From Salinispira sp. (GTDB taxonomy: Bacteria > Spirochaetota > Spirochaetia > DSM-27196 > Salinispiraceae), in the NCBI GenBank assembly GCA_965226555.1, contig CBDDDG010000021.1:64001-128000 (forward strand): a stretch of 64,000 nucleotides of DNA. The letters are read 5' to 3'. Both the position numbers and the translations under genes were made by a program. Positions 21,428 through 31,409 of the stretch are shown here, piece by piece; positions within the stretch are counted from its first letter, which is position 1, and every line of letters begins with the position of its first letter. The notes beneath the pieces are model-generated. The model saw only the letters and a list, made by a program, of their open reading frames with translations, ran no database searches and was not told the origin of the DNA.

Positions 21428-23084
21428 GCTTATCGGTAATAAGCTCGCGCCGTTTTGCCAAAAAATCATCGTACTTATCAAGAGTCCATAAGGCCGGATC
21501 AATAGGAATACATTGTTGGATTAAGGTTTCTTTTCCCTGCTTTTCAATAATGGTTTGTAAATAATCTGCTGGAATTGTATCGCTGATTTTTTTGTTTGTA
21601 CGCCCGCTGATAAAGCCAAGATTGGCAATGTCATTTATTTTTTCTTTGGCAACTTTATTTTTCAAAATACTTTGCGGGAAAATGTGATGAAATTGCAGTT
21701 TATGTTCAGCGCCGGAATGATTGAGGGAAATGCCCAATCTTGTGAACCAATCTTTTGCACCGCTCTCACGGAAAATGAGGAACATGGTTTTGAAATAAGC
21801 ACTTCTATTGTTTTTGCTCTCTAAATCAGAGGCAACTACCTCAAGGCGGCCGAATTGTGTACGAAGAAGCCCTATCATAGACGAAATATCTTTTCCTTTT
21901 CTAATAGCGCTCAAATCCTGATTAAGGTACGTTTCACTGGAACCGCGGGAATAACGTCCTTTTGCATTGGCAACTAAAAGCCAATATCGCAGGTTATCTC
22001 CCTGCTGTGGAATTAATGAAAACCTATTTTGTTGGGCAAAATACCCCAATGTAATAATTAAGGATGGGTTAGCCAGTAAAGCAGGGCTGTCAATACGCAC
22101 ATTACTTTTGAGAAAATTCAATGCAAAATTAAATCCCTCTTTTGATTTTTCCCAACCTTCCTCAAGCTGCTTTTTTGATAGGCTGGATACTGTTTTGAAT
22201 TGGGACTGACCAGTAGTAAAAGCAACAAGGTTTTTTATATAAATACCAATGGGGTAATCGAAGCCTGTGTCTTTACATTCTTTCTGAAATTTCTCAAAGA
22301 TTTTCAGAGAATTTGGCCACTTAGCGGTAATTTGCGCCAGTGCTAAATCAGAACCGCGCAGCTTTGCTCCGAGTGAGTTTACCCGGACAAAAATTTCCGT
22401 TACTTCCTCGTACGATTTGCTCCGTTCCAGTACATGCACATCGTACTCATATTTCTTAATATCACGCAACCGCTTAAGGCGATCTGCGTACTTTCTATAA
22501 CGGGGATCATTGAAATTCTCAATACCACATTTTTGCAGCAGTTCGATGTCATCGCCATTTTTAAATACTTCTTTTACTGACACCCAATGTGCAATGCTGG
22601 CAAGACGCGGAGTTTTCACTACAAACGCCATCTGTTCCATACGTTTAAGAACATCTTCCTCGCTGGCGTCGGCTTCGTCATCAAAATCAGAAATGGTTTC
22701 GTTTACTTCTGTCACCACTTTTAATTCATGTGGATGCTCAAGGTTAAACAAAATATCAATCGGATGCTTGAGGCATTTTACGTAAAGGGGTTCATCGCGC
22801 AAAATTGCGGAAAGCGAGGTAAGGCGTTGCTGACCGTCCAGCAATAGTTGAAATGTTCCGGCAGAGTTAGACTCCTGTGATATTGCAAAGTCGTGTGTGG
22901 TCACATCATCACCGGCCTCCCATGTAAGAATGGTACCGGAAGGATAGTTACGGTAAAGCGAATCCAGTAAGTCGCGTATACGTGTTTTCGGCCATACGTA
23001 GCGGCGCTGCATTTCAGGGAGCCTAATTTCTCCGCGTCTAATTTTGGACACTAACTCTTCAATATTACACGATTGTTTTCCCAT
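21372..23084 (-). CDS. DUF262 (GmrS/ParB-like) protein with C-terminal HNH-like DUF1524 domain; GmrSD-type restriction protein
   Basis: PEMQRRYVW, LLDGQQRLT, FVRVNS and HHIFP...NDIANLGFI..TN. Confidence 0.88.
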   Translation of the reverse strand: MGKQSCNIEELVSKIRRGEIRLPEMQRRYVWPKTRIRDLLDSLYRNYPSGTILTWEAGDDVTTHDFAISQESNSAGTFQLLLDGQQRLTSLSAILRDEPLYVKCLKHPIDILFNLEHPHELKVVTEVNETISDFDDEADASEEDVLKRMEQMAFVVKTPRLASIAHWVSVKEVFKNGDDIELLQKCGIENFNDPRYRKYADRLKRLRDIKKYEYDVHVLERSKSYEEVTEIFVRVNSLGAKLRGSDLALAQITAKWPNSLKIFEKFQKECKDTGFDYPIGIYIKNLVAFTTGQSQFKTVSSLSKKQLEEGWEKSKEGFNFALNFLKSNVRIDSPALLANPSLIITLGYFAQQNRFSLIPQQGDNLRYWLLVANAKGRYSRGSSETYLNQDLSAIRKGKDISSMIGLLRTQFGRLEVVASDLESKNNRSAYFKTMFLIFRESGAKDWFTRLGISLNHSGAEHKLQFHHIFPQSILKNKVAKEKINDIANLGFISGRTNKKISDTIPADYLQTIIEKQGKETLIQQCIPIDPALWTLDKYDDFLAKRRELITDKLNTFMGHDEYRAHTMTAK

Positions 23085-23254
23085 AATTATTGACCATACA
23101 TAATTTTTCATATATTATCAATGGTGTAGGTCGTTCGGTTCCCAAGGCTGGGTTGCCCGAGACCTGCTTTTTTATACCTTTATAATACCTTTTGTCCTGT
23201 GGTTCCTGTTAGCCGGATACTCACCATGCCTGCCTGGAGGTGGAGCACAACTTC

Positions 23255-24705
23255 TCAATAGGCAATAATCTCATTATACCATGACGGAAACGCTACATCG
23301 TTCGTTTGTCCGCGACCCACCCTGGAAGCCCCAAACATAGTGGTGACCGTTACGGTATATTTGTTATTTACCTTCGTCCAATGTTCCTTCCATTCCTCAA
23401 GATCGAGATTGAATGCGCTTGCGTCATTGAACATACCTGACATATCCGTTACCGATCTGACATCCCATCCGGAAATATCGCCATTGAATGCGCTTGCGCC
23501 AAAGAACATATAGCGCATAGTCGTTACCGAACTGACATCCCAGTCGGAGATATTGCCATTGAATGAATCTTTGTTAAGGAAAATATAGGACATATCCGTT
23601 ACTGCCGCGGTAATAATGTAGTTGAGATTGCCAGTATTGCCCCATGTTGATATCCCCGTAGTTACCGCTGCGCTCAGTTCAGCGTTAGATGTTGGACTCA
23701 CGGTAACAGAGAAATACTCTGCAAAGAGTATGTCTCCGCTTTCTGTTTCACCATATACCACATATGTTCCTGCCGTTGTACTCGCGGTAACCGTAACAAT
23801 TCCGGTACTCGCATTAACTGTCGGAATGGTGACTCCTACGGGTGCAGTTGCGGGGGTTACCTTCAGGTCTCCTCCATCAAAATCGAGAGTGCCCGATTCC
23901 ACCGTGGTCAAAGAAACGCTGAGGTTCAGGTTCTCATTGGCAATACCGGCAGTAACAATGGCATTATCGGCAGCCAAAAGGCTTATAGAATTTTCCGTAC
24001 CCGAAGGAGTCTGTGTCGGAGGAAATGATGGCAGCGGTTCCGTTACGGGTGCAGACCAGGGTCCAGCACCCTCCGCGTTGATGGCGCGCATCTGCACGTG
24101 GTAGAGAGCGCCGTTTCTCAGGCCGGTAATGGTGTGGTCTGTTCCGGTGATGCCGGAAGCATATGTCCATGCTCCGCCGCCTTCGCGATATATCAGCTCA
24201 TACCCGGTAATGGCACTGCCGTTATCATCCGGTTCAGCCCATCTCGCAACGATCCGCCCAGTGCCCGCATAAAGGGTTGGGGCAGCCGGCGCGTCAGGAA
24301 CGGTGGCGGGGGGAGTTGCAGCGGCAGGGAGAGTTTCAACGGCAGATTCCGACCATGGCCCAGCGCCGACTGCATTGACGGCGCGCGCCTGTACGTGGTA
24401 CTCGGCTGCGTTTGTCAGGCCGGTAATGGTGTAGTTTGCGGCTGGCGCGGCGAGTGCAATTATCGCCGACCACGTGGTACCGCCGTCCGCGCTATGGTGA
24501 AGGTGGTATGTGGTAATTTCACTGCCGCCGTTGTTCGGAGCAGTCCATGTAGCAATGAGTCGCTCATTCCCCGCTTCAAGGTTTGGGGCACCTATTTTGC
24601 CCGGAGGGGTTGCCGCTGGTTCCGGCATGGGACATCCCGCCATCAATACAATAAAAATTGTGCAGAATGCGAAGAGAGTTACCCCCCCCTAAATTTGATC
24701 CTCAT
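23255..24705 (-). pseudogene. Fn3 + BspA/DUF285 surface lipoprotein, frameshifted in a G8 tract in its signal peptide
   Basis: ATG at 24705 behind an RBS reads MRIKFRGG*. The lipoprotein signal (VTLFAFCTIFIVLMAGC), two Fn3 domains and WDVSSVT repeats continue in another frame. Confidence 0.75.
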
Positions 24706-24778
24706 ACATTACCTTCATAAGGTTTCATTACAGTATAGGGGAAGCTCTGGTACTTGACCAGCTCCGTGCCTGCCGGAG

Positions 24779-27712
24779 CTAATGATCGTCCATGGCAAAC
24801 ACGCTGACACCGTCATCGACGACTCCCGTGACAAACAGATATGTAACGCTGCCGATGACGGCAGTCGTCAGCGCGTTGGAGCCGTTAAGATGCAGGGTGG
24901 AAGTGTCAGCAATATTATCGACATTTGTGAGTGTTCCTTCGGCGTTTACCCTGAACATACTGATTCCATTATCCAATAATCCTACGACAAACAGATAGGT
25001 AATGCCGTTGATTACAGCAGTCGTTATGTCGCTGGCAGTGCGAAGATGCAGGGTGGCATTGTCGGTTTTGTTGTCAGTATTCTTGAGGAATCCGGTATTG
25101 CTTATTAAAAACACGCTGACACCGTTGTCGAAGTATCCGGTGACAAACAGATAAACGGCGTCATTAATGGCAGCAGTCGCCAGACCCCATGCTCCATCAA
25201 GTTTCCGTAAGAAAGTGTCATAGACATAGTGCTTATATTCAAGTGTTCCCGCATTGTCTGCCGAAAACATGGTGACAGCGTCTTCGGTGAATGACGCGGC
25301 AAACAGCAAGGCAGTCCCTCCAATTTCGACAGCCGTCAGTCCCTTGGGCGCGGCAAGCTTCAGAAAGGACGTATCAGGTTCATTGTCGACATTTGTGAGT
25401 GTCCCGTTGCTGTTGACCCGAAACACACTAATGCCGTAATCACTGCTTCCGGCGGCAAACAGATACGTAGCGTTTCCAATGACAGCGGTCGTCAAAGTGC
25501 TGCGGTCAAGAAACAGGTTGTCCGTATCAGGTTCATTGTCGACATTTGTAAGTGTTCCGCCGCTGTTGACTCGAAACACACTAATGCCGTTATCAATGGC
25601 TCCGGCGACAAACAGATAAACTGCGTTTCCAACTTCAGCGGTTGTTACATCGCTGGCTCCTTCAAGAAACAGGTCGCCCGTATCAGGTTCATTGTCGACA
25701 TTTGTGAGTGTTCCGCCGCTGTTGACCCGAAACACACTGACACCGTTAGAAGTGTATCCGGTAACAAACAAATAAACGGCGCCGCCGACTTCGGCAGTTG
25801 CTACACTGCTGACGTCATCAAGATTCAGGTTTCCGCTATTGCCGATGTTTGCGGTGTTATTGCTGAATCTGGTGGTTGGAGTGCCAGTGGAAGATTCCGA
25901 CCATGCGCCCGCGCCCTGCGCGTTGACGGCGCGCACCTGCATAGGGTAGGGGAGTCCGCTAATGAGTCCTCTAATGGTGTGGCTTGTGCCGGTAATGCCG
26001 GAGGCGATCTGCGTCCAGTCTCCGTTGTCTTCGCGATATTGCAGGTTATACGCGCTAATTGCGCTGCCGCCGTTGTCGGCGGGGGCTGTCCATGTAACAG
26101 TGAGTGAGCCCCTTCCCGCGGTGAGTGTTGGAGGGTTAGGAGCGGCAGGAACGGTAATGGGGGTTGCGGTGGAAGGCTCCGACCACGCGCTTTCGCCCAG
26201 CGCGTTGACGGCGCGCACCTGCGCCTCGTAGACCCTGCCGTTTGCCAGCCCGGTAATGACGCGGTTCATGGAAGTGCCAAGGCCAGACGCAATAGTAATG
26301 TTCTTCCAGATTCCGCTGCCGTTCTCGCTATAGCGCAGGTAATACGCGCTAATTGCGTTGCCGCCGTCATCGGGCGCTGTCCATGTTGCGGTAAATGAAC
26401 TGTTACCCACTTCGAGGACGGGAGCCTTCGGCGCGGCGGGAACGGTGGCAGGGGCGGCGGTGGAAGGCTCCGACCACGCGCCTTCGCCCCGCGCGTTAAT
26501 TGCGCGCACCTGCGCCTCGTAGACCCTGCCGTTTGCCAGCCCGGTAATGACGCGGTTCATGGAAGTGCCAAGGCCAGACGCAATAGTAATGTTCTTCCAG
26601 ATTCCGCTGCCGTTCTCGCTATAGCGCAGGTAATACGCGCTAATTGCGTTGCCGCCGTCATCGGGCGCTGTCCATGTTGCGGTAAATGAACTGTTACCCA
26701 CTTTGAGGACAGGAGCCTTCGGCGCGGCGGGAACGGTGGAGGGGGTGGCGGTGGAAGGCTCCGACCACGCGCCTTCGCCCCGCGCGTTAATTGCGCGCAC
26801 CTGCGCCTCGTAGACCCTGCCGTTTGCCAGCCCGGTAATGACGTGGTTCATGGAAGTGCCAAGGCCAGACGCAATAGTAATGTTCTTCCAGATTCCGCTG
26901 CCGTCCTCGCTATAGCGCAGGTAATACGCGCTAATTGCGCTGCTGCCGCTGTCGGTCGGCGCAGTCCATGACATGGTGAGCGAAGCGTCTCCCACTTCGA
27001 GCCTCAGATCGGTCGGCGCGGCAGGGAGAGTGGGATCGGGGGCAGCGGTGGAAGGCTCCGACCACGCGCCTTCGCCCCGCGCGTTAATTGCGCGCACCTG
27101 CACGGCATAACTGATGCCGTTTGCCAGCCTGGTAATGACGCGGTTCATGGAAGTGCCAAGGCCAGACGCAATAGTAATGTTCTTCCAAATTCCGCTGCCG
27201 TCTTCGCCATGGCGGAGGTTATACGCGCTAATTGCGCTACCGCCGTTATCGGGCGCTGTCCATGTTGCAATGAGTTGCCCATTTTCCGCTTCAAGGGTTG
27301 GGGCAGCCGGCGCGGCAGGAACGGTAATAGGGCTTGCCGTGGAAGATGTCGACCAGCCACCAGTGCGCTGCGCGTTGGCGGCGCGCACCTGCACGGCATA
27401 ACTGATGCCGTTTGTCAGCTCGGTAATGGTATGGCTTGTGCCGGTAATACCGGAGTTAATCTCTATCCAGTTTTCACTGCTCATGTGACGATAGCGCAGG
27501 TTATATTCAGTAACATCGTTTCCCGCGTTGTTGCTCCTCCAATTCCATGTAGCAGGATCAATCCACGAAGCAGTAAGTTGTCCGTTCCCTGCTGCGAGAG
27601 TCGGAGCAAACATGGCAGGCGGCGCAGTGAGCATTGGACATCCGGCAATCAATGCAATGGATATTGAGCAGAAAATGAAAAGGGTCATTCTTTTGTATGA
27701 CGTAATTCTCAT
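24779..27712 (-). CDS. Surface lipoprotein with about 6 Fn3 domains and a C-terminal beta-propeller-like repeat domain
   Basis: IAGC lipobox; near-identical Fn3 units with 291-297 bp period; YLFV.G..DNGISVF repeats. Confidence 0.85.
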   Translation of the reverse strand: MRITSYKRMTLFIFCSISIALIAGCPMLTAPPAMFAPTLAAGNGQLTASWIDPATWNWRSNNAGNDVTEYNLRYRHMSSENWIEINSGITGTSHTITELTNGISYAVQVRAANAQRTGGWSTSSTASPITVPAAPAAPTLEAENGQLIATWTAPDNGGSAISAYNLRHGEDGSGIWKNITIASGLGTSMNRVITRLANGISYAVQVRAINARGEGAWSEPSTAAPDPTLPAAPTDLRLEVGDASLTMSWTAPTDSGSSAISAYYLRYSEDGSGIWKNITIASGLGTSMNHVITGLANGRVYEAQVRAINARGEGAWSEPSTATPSTVPAAPKAPVLKVGNSSFTATWTAPDDGGNAISAYYLRYSENGSGIWKNITIASGLGTSMNRVITGLANGRVYEAQVRAINARGEGAWSEPSTAAPATVPAAPKAPVLEVGNSSFTATWTAPDDGGNAISAYYLRYSENGSGIWKNITIASGLGTSMNRVITGLANGRVYEAQVRAVNALGESAWSEPSTATPITVPAAPNPPTLTAGRGSLTVTWTAPADNGGSAISAYNLQYREDNGDWTQIASGITGTSHTIRGLISGLPYPMQVRAVNAQGAGAWSESSTGTPTTRFSNNTANIGNSGNLNLDDVSSVATAEVGGAVYLFVTGYTSNGVSVFRVNSGGTLTNVDNEPDTGDLFLEGASDVTTAEVGNAVYLFVAGAIDNGISVFRVNSGGTLTNVDNEPDTDNLFLDRSTLTTAVIGNATYLFAAGSSDYGISVFRVNSNGTLTNVDNEPDTSFLKLAAPKGLTAVEIGGTALLFAASFTEDAVTMFSADNAGTLEYKHYVYDTFLRKLDGAWGLATAAINDAVYLFVTGYFDNGVSVFLISNTGFLKNTDNKTDNATLHLRTASDITTAVINGITYLFVVGLLDNGISMFRVNAEGTLTNVDNIADTSTLHLNGSNALTTAVIGSVTYLFVTGVVDDGVSVFAMDDH

Positions 27713-27766
27713 AATGTTACTTTCTCAAGGTAATATATGGGCTCTTAAACCTTTGGACTGCCCCTG

Positions 27767-29137
27767 TTATGGTCGCGCGCGGGTGCTTAGGTTCCAAGCA
27801 TAAATGGTGTTGTCTTCGTCATCCATTATCCACATTGTTTCTCCATCGGACCAGATACCTTCGGGGCTGCTGTTTCCAGCACTCGCAAGTGCGGTGACAG
27901 TGAAATCTTTTGAGGAATCTCGCTCTTTGTTCGTCATGTTGTAGGCATAAATTTTCTTGTCGGAGTAATCGGATACCCACATTGTTTCACCATTCGACCA
28001 GATGCCTGCGGGGTTTTTATTTCCTGCGCCGTCAAGCGCGGTGAAATCTTTTGAGGAATCTCGCTCTTTGTCCGTCATGTTGTAGGCATAGATTTTGTTG
28101 CGGAAATCATCTGCCACCCACATTGTTGTGCCATTTGACCAGATGCCGTAGGGGGTCTTATTTTCTGCATCGAGCGTGAAGTCTTTGTCCGGCTCGCGGG
28201 ATTTATCATCCATTTTATAGGCATAGAGTTTGTCATCTTGTGAATCGGTCACCCACATTGTTGTGCCATTTGACCAGATACCTGCGGGGTTCTCATTCCC
28301 TGCGTCAGCAAGCGTGGTGAATTTTTTGGACGTCTGGAGGGTATTCTGATAATGCATGCTGAAGGCATTTATTGTGGTATTAGTAAAAATTGTTATCCAC
28401 ATTGTGTCTCCATCGGACCATATGCCTCTCTGAATTGAGGAAGAGCCGACATCAATGAAGTCGTCTATGTGATAACCTGAAGCATCGTAGCCTTCGGGGT
28501 TGTAGTGTGTGCCGGTGTCGCGGTGAATGCGGGCGGAGTTAAAGCCGGCTGCGTTATAGCCGTCAGGGTTATATTGTGAGTTGCTGTCCTTGTGAATGCC
28601 GCCGACGTTAAAGCCTGCGAGGTTGTATGGTAAGCCGGTGTCCTTGTGAATGCCGTCAGCGGTAAAGCCGTTTTTGTCGTAGCCTTCGGCGTTATAGCCG
28701 TTTTCGTTATAGCCTTCGGCGTTATAGCCGTTTTCGTTATAGCCTTCGGCGTTAAAACCGTTTTCGTTATAACCTTCAGCGTTATAGCCGTTTGAGTCGT
28801 ACCCTTCGGCGTTAAAGCCGTTTGAGTCGTACCCTTCAGCGTTAAAGCCGTTTTTGTCGTACCCTTCGGCGTTATAGCCGTTTTTGTCATACCCTTCGGC
28901 GTTATAGCCGTTTTCGTCATAACCTTCGGCGTTATAGCCGTTTATGTCATAGCCATTCGGGTCGTATTGCGTTTCAGTCTCGCGATGAATGCCGGCGTCA
29001 TTAAATCCTCTCGCATCATACATTTCACAGGCCGTGAGAATGATCATCAGTGCAAAAATGAAAAAGACACATCGCAATACATGCGGGCTGAGAAAACATT
29101 TTCTGTTTTCTTTTCGTTCAAGGTTTAAACCTTTCAT
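27767..29137 (-). CDS. Lipoprotein with GYD/GYN pentapeptide repeats and a GIWS.G.TMWV beta-propeller
   Basis: LTAC lipobox; 15/30-bp repeats; propeller blade repeats. Confidence 0.85.
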   Translation of the reverse strand: MKGLNLERKENRKCFLSPHVLRCVFFIFALMIILTACEMYDARGFNDAGIHRETETQYDPNGYDINGYNAEGYDENGYNAEGYDKNGYNAEGYDKNGFNAEGYDSNGFNAEGYDSNGYNAEGYNENGFNAEGYNENGYNAEGYNENGYNAEGYDKNGFTADGIHKDTGLPYNLAGFNVGGIHKDSNSQYNPDGYNAAGFNSARIHRDTGTHYNPEGYDASGYHIDDFIDVGSSSIQRGIWSDGDTMWITIFTNTTINAFSMHYQNTLQTSKKFTTLADAGNENPAGIWSNGTTMWVTDSQDDKLYAYKMDDKSREPDKDFTLDAENKTPYGIWSNGTTMWVADDFRNKIYAYNMTDKERDSSKDFTALDGAGNKNPAGIWSNGETMWVSDYSDKKIYAYNMTNKERDSSKDFTVTALASAGNSSPEGIWSDGETMWIMDDEDNTIYAWNLSTRARP

Positions 29138-29237
29138 ACATTACCTCCATAAGGTTTCATTACAGGGAAGCTCTGGAAACATGGGTATTTCACACTGCTA
29201 TCGCGGAAATAGCGTTTTTTAAGCTCCACTGTGCTAT

Positions 29238-29266
29238 AGTATAGTCAAAAAATTCGTTTGTGTCAA
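29238..29266 (-). promoter_or_regulatory. Sigma-70 promoter of the 27767-29137 gene
   Basis: TTGACA-17 nt-TATACT on the minus strand. Confidence 0.7.
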
Positions 29267-29312
29267 GCACATTTTCGAATTTCTGTGGGATATAAACCTT
29301 TGGACTGCCCTG

Positions 29313-31223
29313 TTATGGTCGCTCGCGGGCGCTCAGGTTCCAAGCATAGATGGTGTTGTCCTCATCATCTACTATCCACATTGTTTCTCCATCGGACCAG
29401 ATACCTTCGGGGCTGCTGTTTCCAGCATTCGCAAGTACGGAGGCAGCGAAATCTTTTGAGGAATCGCGCGCCCTGCTTGTCATGTTATAGGCATAAATTT
29501 TATTGTCGGAGTAATCGGATACCCACATTGTTTCGCCATTCGACCAGATGCCTGCGGGGTTTTTATTTCCTGCGCCAGCAAGCGTGGTGAAATCTCTTGA
29601 GGAATCGCGCTCCCTGCTCGTCATGTTGTAGGCATAGATTTTGTTGCGGAAATCATCTGCCACCCACATTGTTGTGCCATTTGACCATAGTCCGTAGGGG
29701 ATCTTGTTTTCTGCATCGAGCGTGAAGTCTTTGTCCGGCTCGCGGGACTTATCATCCATTTTATAGGCATAGAGTTTGTCATCTTCTGAATCGGTCACCC
29801 ACATTGTTGTGCCATTTGACCAGATACCTGCGGGGTTCTCATTCCCTGCGTCAGCAAGCGTGGTGAATTTTTTTGACGCTTGGAGGGCATTTTGATAATG
29901 CATGCTGAAGGCATTTATTGTGGTATTAGTAAAAATTGTTATCCACATTGTGTCTCCATCGGACCATATGCCTCTCTGAATTGAGGAAGATCCGACATCG
30001 ATGAAATCATCTGTGTGATAACCTGAAGCATCGTAGCCTTCCGGGTTGTATTGTGTGCCGGTGTCGCGGTGAATGCCGCCGGAGGTAAAGCCGGCTGCGT
30101 TATAGCCGTCTTTGTTGTAGCCTGCGAGGTTGTATTGTGTGCCGGTGTCGCGGTGAATGCCGCCGGAGGTAAAGCCGTTTGCGTCATAGTCATCAGCGTT
30201 ATAGCCGTTTGCATCGTAACCTTCGGCGTTAAAACCGTTTGAGTCATAGCCGTTTGCATCGTAACCTTCGGCGTTAAAGCCGTTTGAGTCATAGCCGTTT
30301 GCATCGTAACCTTCGGCGTTAAAACCGTTTGAGTCATAGCCGTTTGCGTCGTAACCTTCGGCGTTAAAACCGTTTGCGTCATAGCCGTTTGCGTCGTAAC
30401 CTTCGGCGTTAAAACCGTTTGAGTCATAGCCGTTTGCGTCGTAACCTTCGGAGTTAAAGCCGTTTGCGTCATAGCCGTTTGCGTCGTAACCTTCGGAGTT
30501 AAAGCCGTTTGAGTCATAGCCGTTTGCATCGTAACCTTCGGCGTTAAAACCGTTTGAGTCATAGCCGTTTGCGTCGTAACCTTCGGCGTTAAAACCGTTT
30601 GCGTCATAGCCGTTTGCGTCGTAACCTTCGGCGTTAAAACCGTTTGAGTCATAGCCGTTTGCGTCGTAACCTTCGGAGTTAAAGCCGTTTGCGTCATAGC
30701 CGTTTGCGTCGTAACCTTCGGAGTTAAAGCCCTTTGAGTCGTAACCTTCGGCGTTAAAGCCCTTTGAGTCGTAACCTTCGGCGTTAAAGCCGTTTGAGTC
30801 GTAACCTTCGGCGTTAAAGCCCTTTGAGTCGTAACCTTCGGCGTTAAAGCCGTTTGAGTCGTAACCTTCGGCGTCAAAGCCGTTTTCGTCATAACCGTTA
30901 ATATCATAACCTTCCGGGTTATAAATTGTGTCGGTGTCGCGGTGCCGAGCTTCGGCGTTAAAGCCGTTTGAGTCGTAACCTTCGGCGTCAAAGCCGTTTT
31001 TGTCATAACCGTCTTTGTCATAACCGTTAATATCATAACCTTCAGGGTCATAAATTGTGCCGGTGTCGCAGTGAATGCCAACGTCATTAAAACCTCTCCC
31101 ATCATGCATTTCGCAGGCGGTGAGAATGAGTATCAGAGTAAAAATGAAAAAGACCCCTCGCAACAGATGAGGGCTGAGAAAACGTTTCTTGTTTTCTTTT
31201 CGTTCAAGGTCTAAAATTTTCAT
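29313..31223 (-). CDS. Tandem paralogue of 27767-29137 with an expanded GYD/GFN repeat tract
   Basis: Near-identical signal and propeller regions; much longer (GFNAE-GYDAN-GYDSN)n tract. Confidence 0.88.
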   Translation of the reverse strand: MKILDLERKENKKRFLSPHLLRGVFFIFTLILILTACEMHDGRGFNDVGIHCDTGTIYDPEGYDINGYDKDGYDKNGFDAEGYDSNGFNAEARHRDTDTIYNPEGYDINGYDENGFDAEGYDSNGFNAEGYDSKGFNAEGYDSNGFNAEGYDSKGFNAEGYDSKGFNSEGYDANGYDANGFNSEGYDANGYDSNGFNAEGYDANGYDANGFNAEGYDANGYDSNGFNAEGYDANGYDSNGFNSEGYDANGYDANGFNSEGYDANGYDSNGFNAEGYDANGYDANGFNAEGYDANGYDSNGFNAEGYDANGYDSNGFNAEGYDANGYDSNGFNAEGYDANGYNADDYDANGFTSGGIHRDTGTQYNLAGYNKDGYNAAGFTSGGIHRDTGTQYNPEGYDASGYHTDDFIDVGSSSIQRGIWSDGDTMWITIFTNTTINAFSMHYQNALQASKKFTTLADAGNENPAGIWSNGTTMWVTDSEDDKLYAYKMDDKSREPDKDFTLDAENKIPYGLWSNGTTMWVADDFRNKIYAYNMTSRERDSSRDFTTLAGAGNKNPAGIWSNGETMWVSDYSDNKIYAYNMTSRARDSSKDFAASVLANAGNSSPEGIWSDGETMWIVDDEDNTIYAWNLSARERP

Positions 31224-31250
31224 ACATTATCTCCGTAAGGTTTCATTACA

Positions 31251-31328
31251 GAAATTTTTGCATAAAACAAAAGTTTCCAATAAGGATTCTCTCAAGGTAT
31301 AGAAAGTTTTGCCGCAGGCAAAACTTTG
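31251..31328. mobile_element. MITE family A, degenerate two-hairpin copy with TSD TTACA
   Basis: GAAATTTTTGCA...GCAAAACTTTG with TTACA at 31246-31250 and 31329-31333. Confidence 0.75.
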
Positions 31329-31409
31329 TTACAGAATGCTATATAAAAGTCCTGCAAAATGCAAGACCTATAATGCGCGGAAGATGACCAACAGGCGGGA
31401 TGAGTGGAT

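Noticed and set aside
29939..31105. 388-aa Thr-rich repeat ORF (also 28465-28920 and 59065-59655)
   Set aside because: Alternative-frame shadows of the GYD repeat tracts; the lipoprotein frame has the RBS, lipobox and paralogues.
27767..31223. Diversity-generating retroelement TR/VR pair among the paralogous C-termini
   Set aside because: No reverse transcriptase is in the window, both copies are full genes, and the differences are not confined to adenines.
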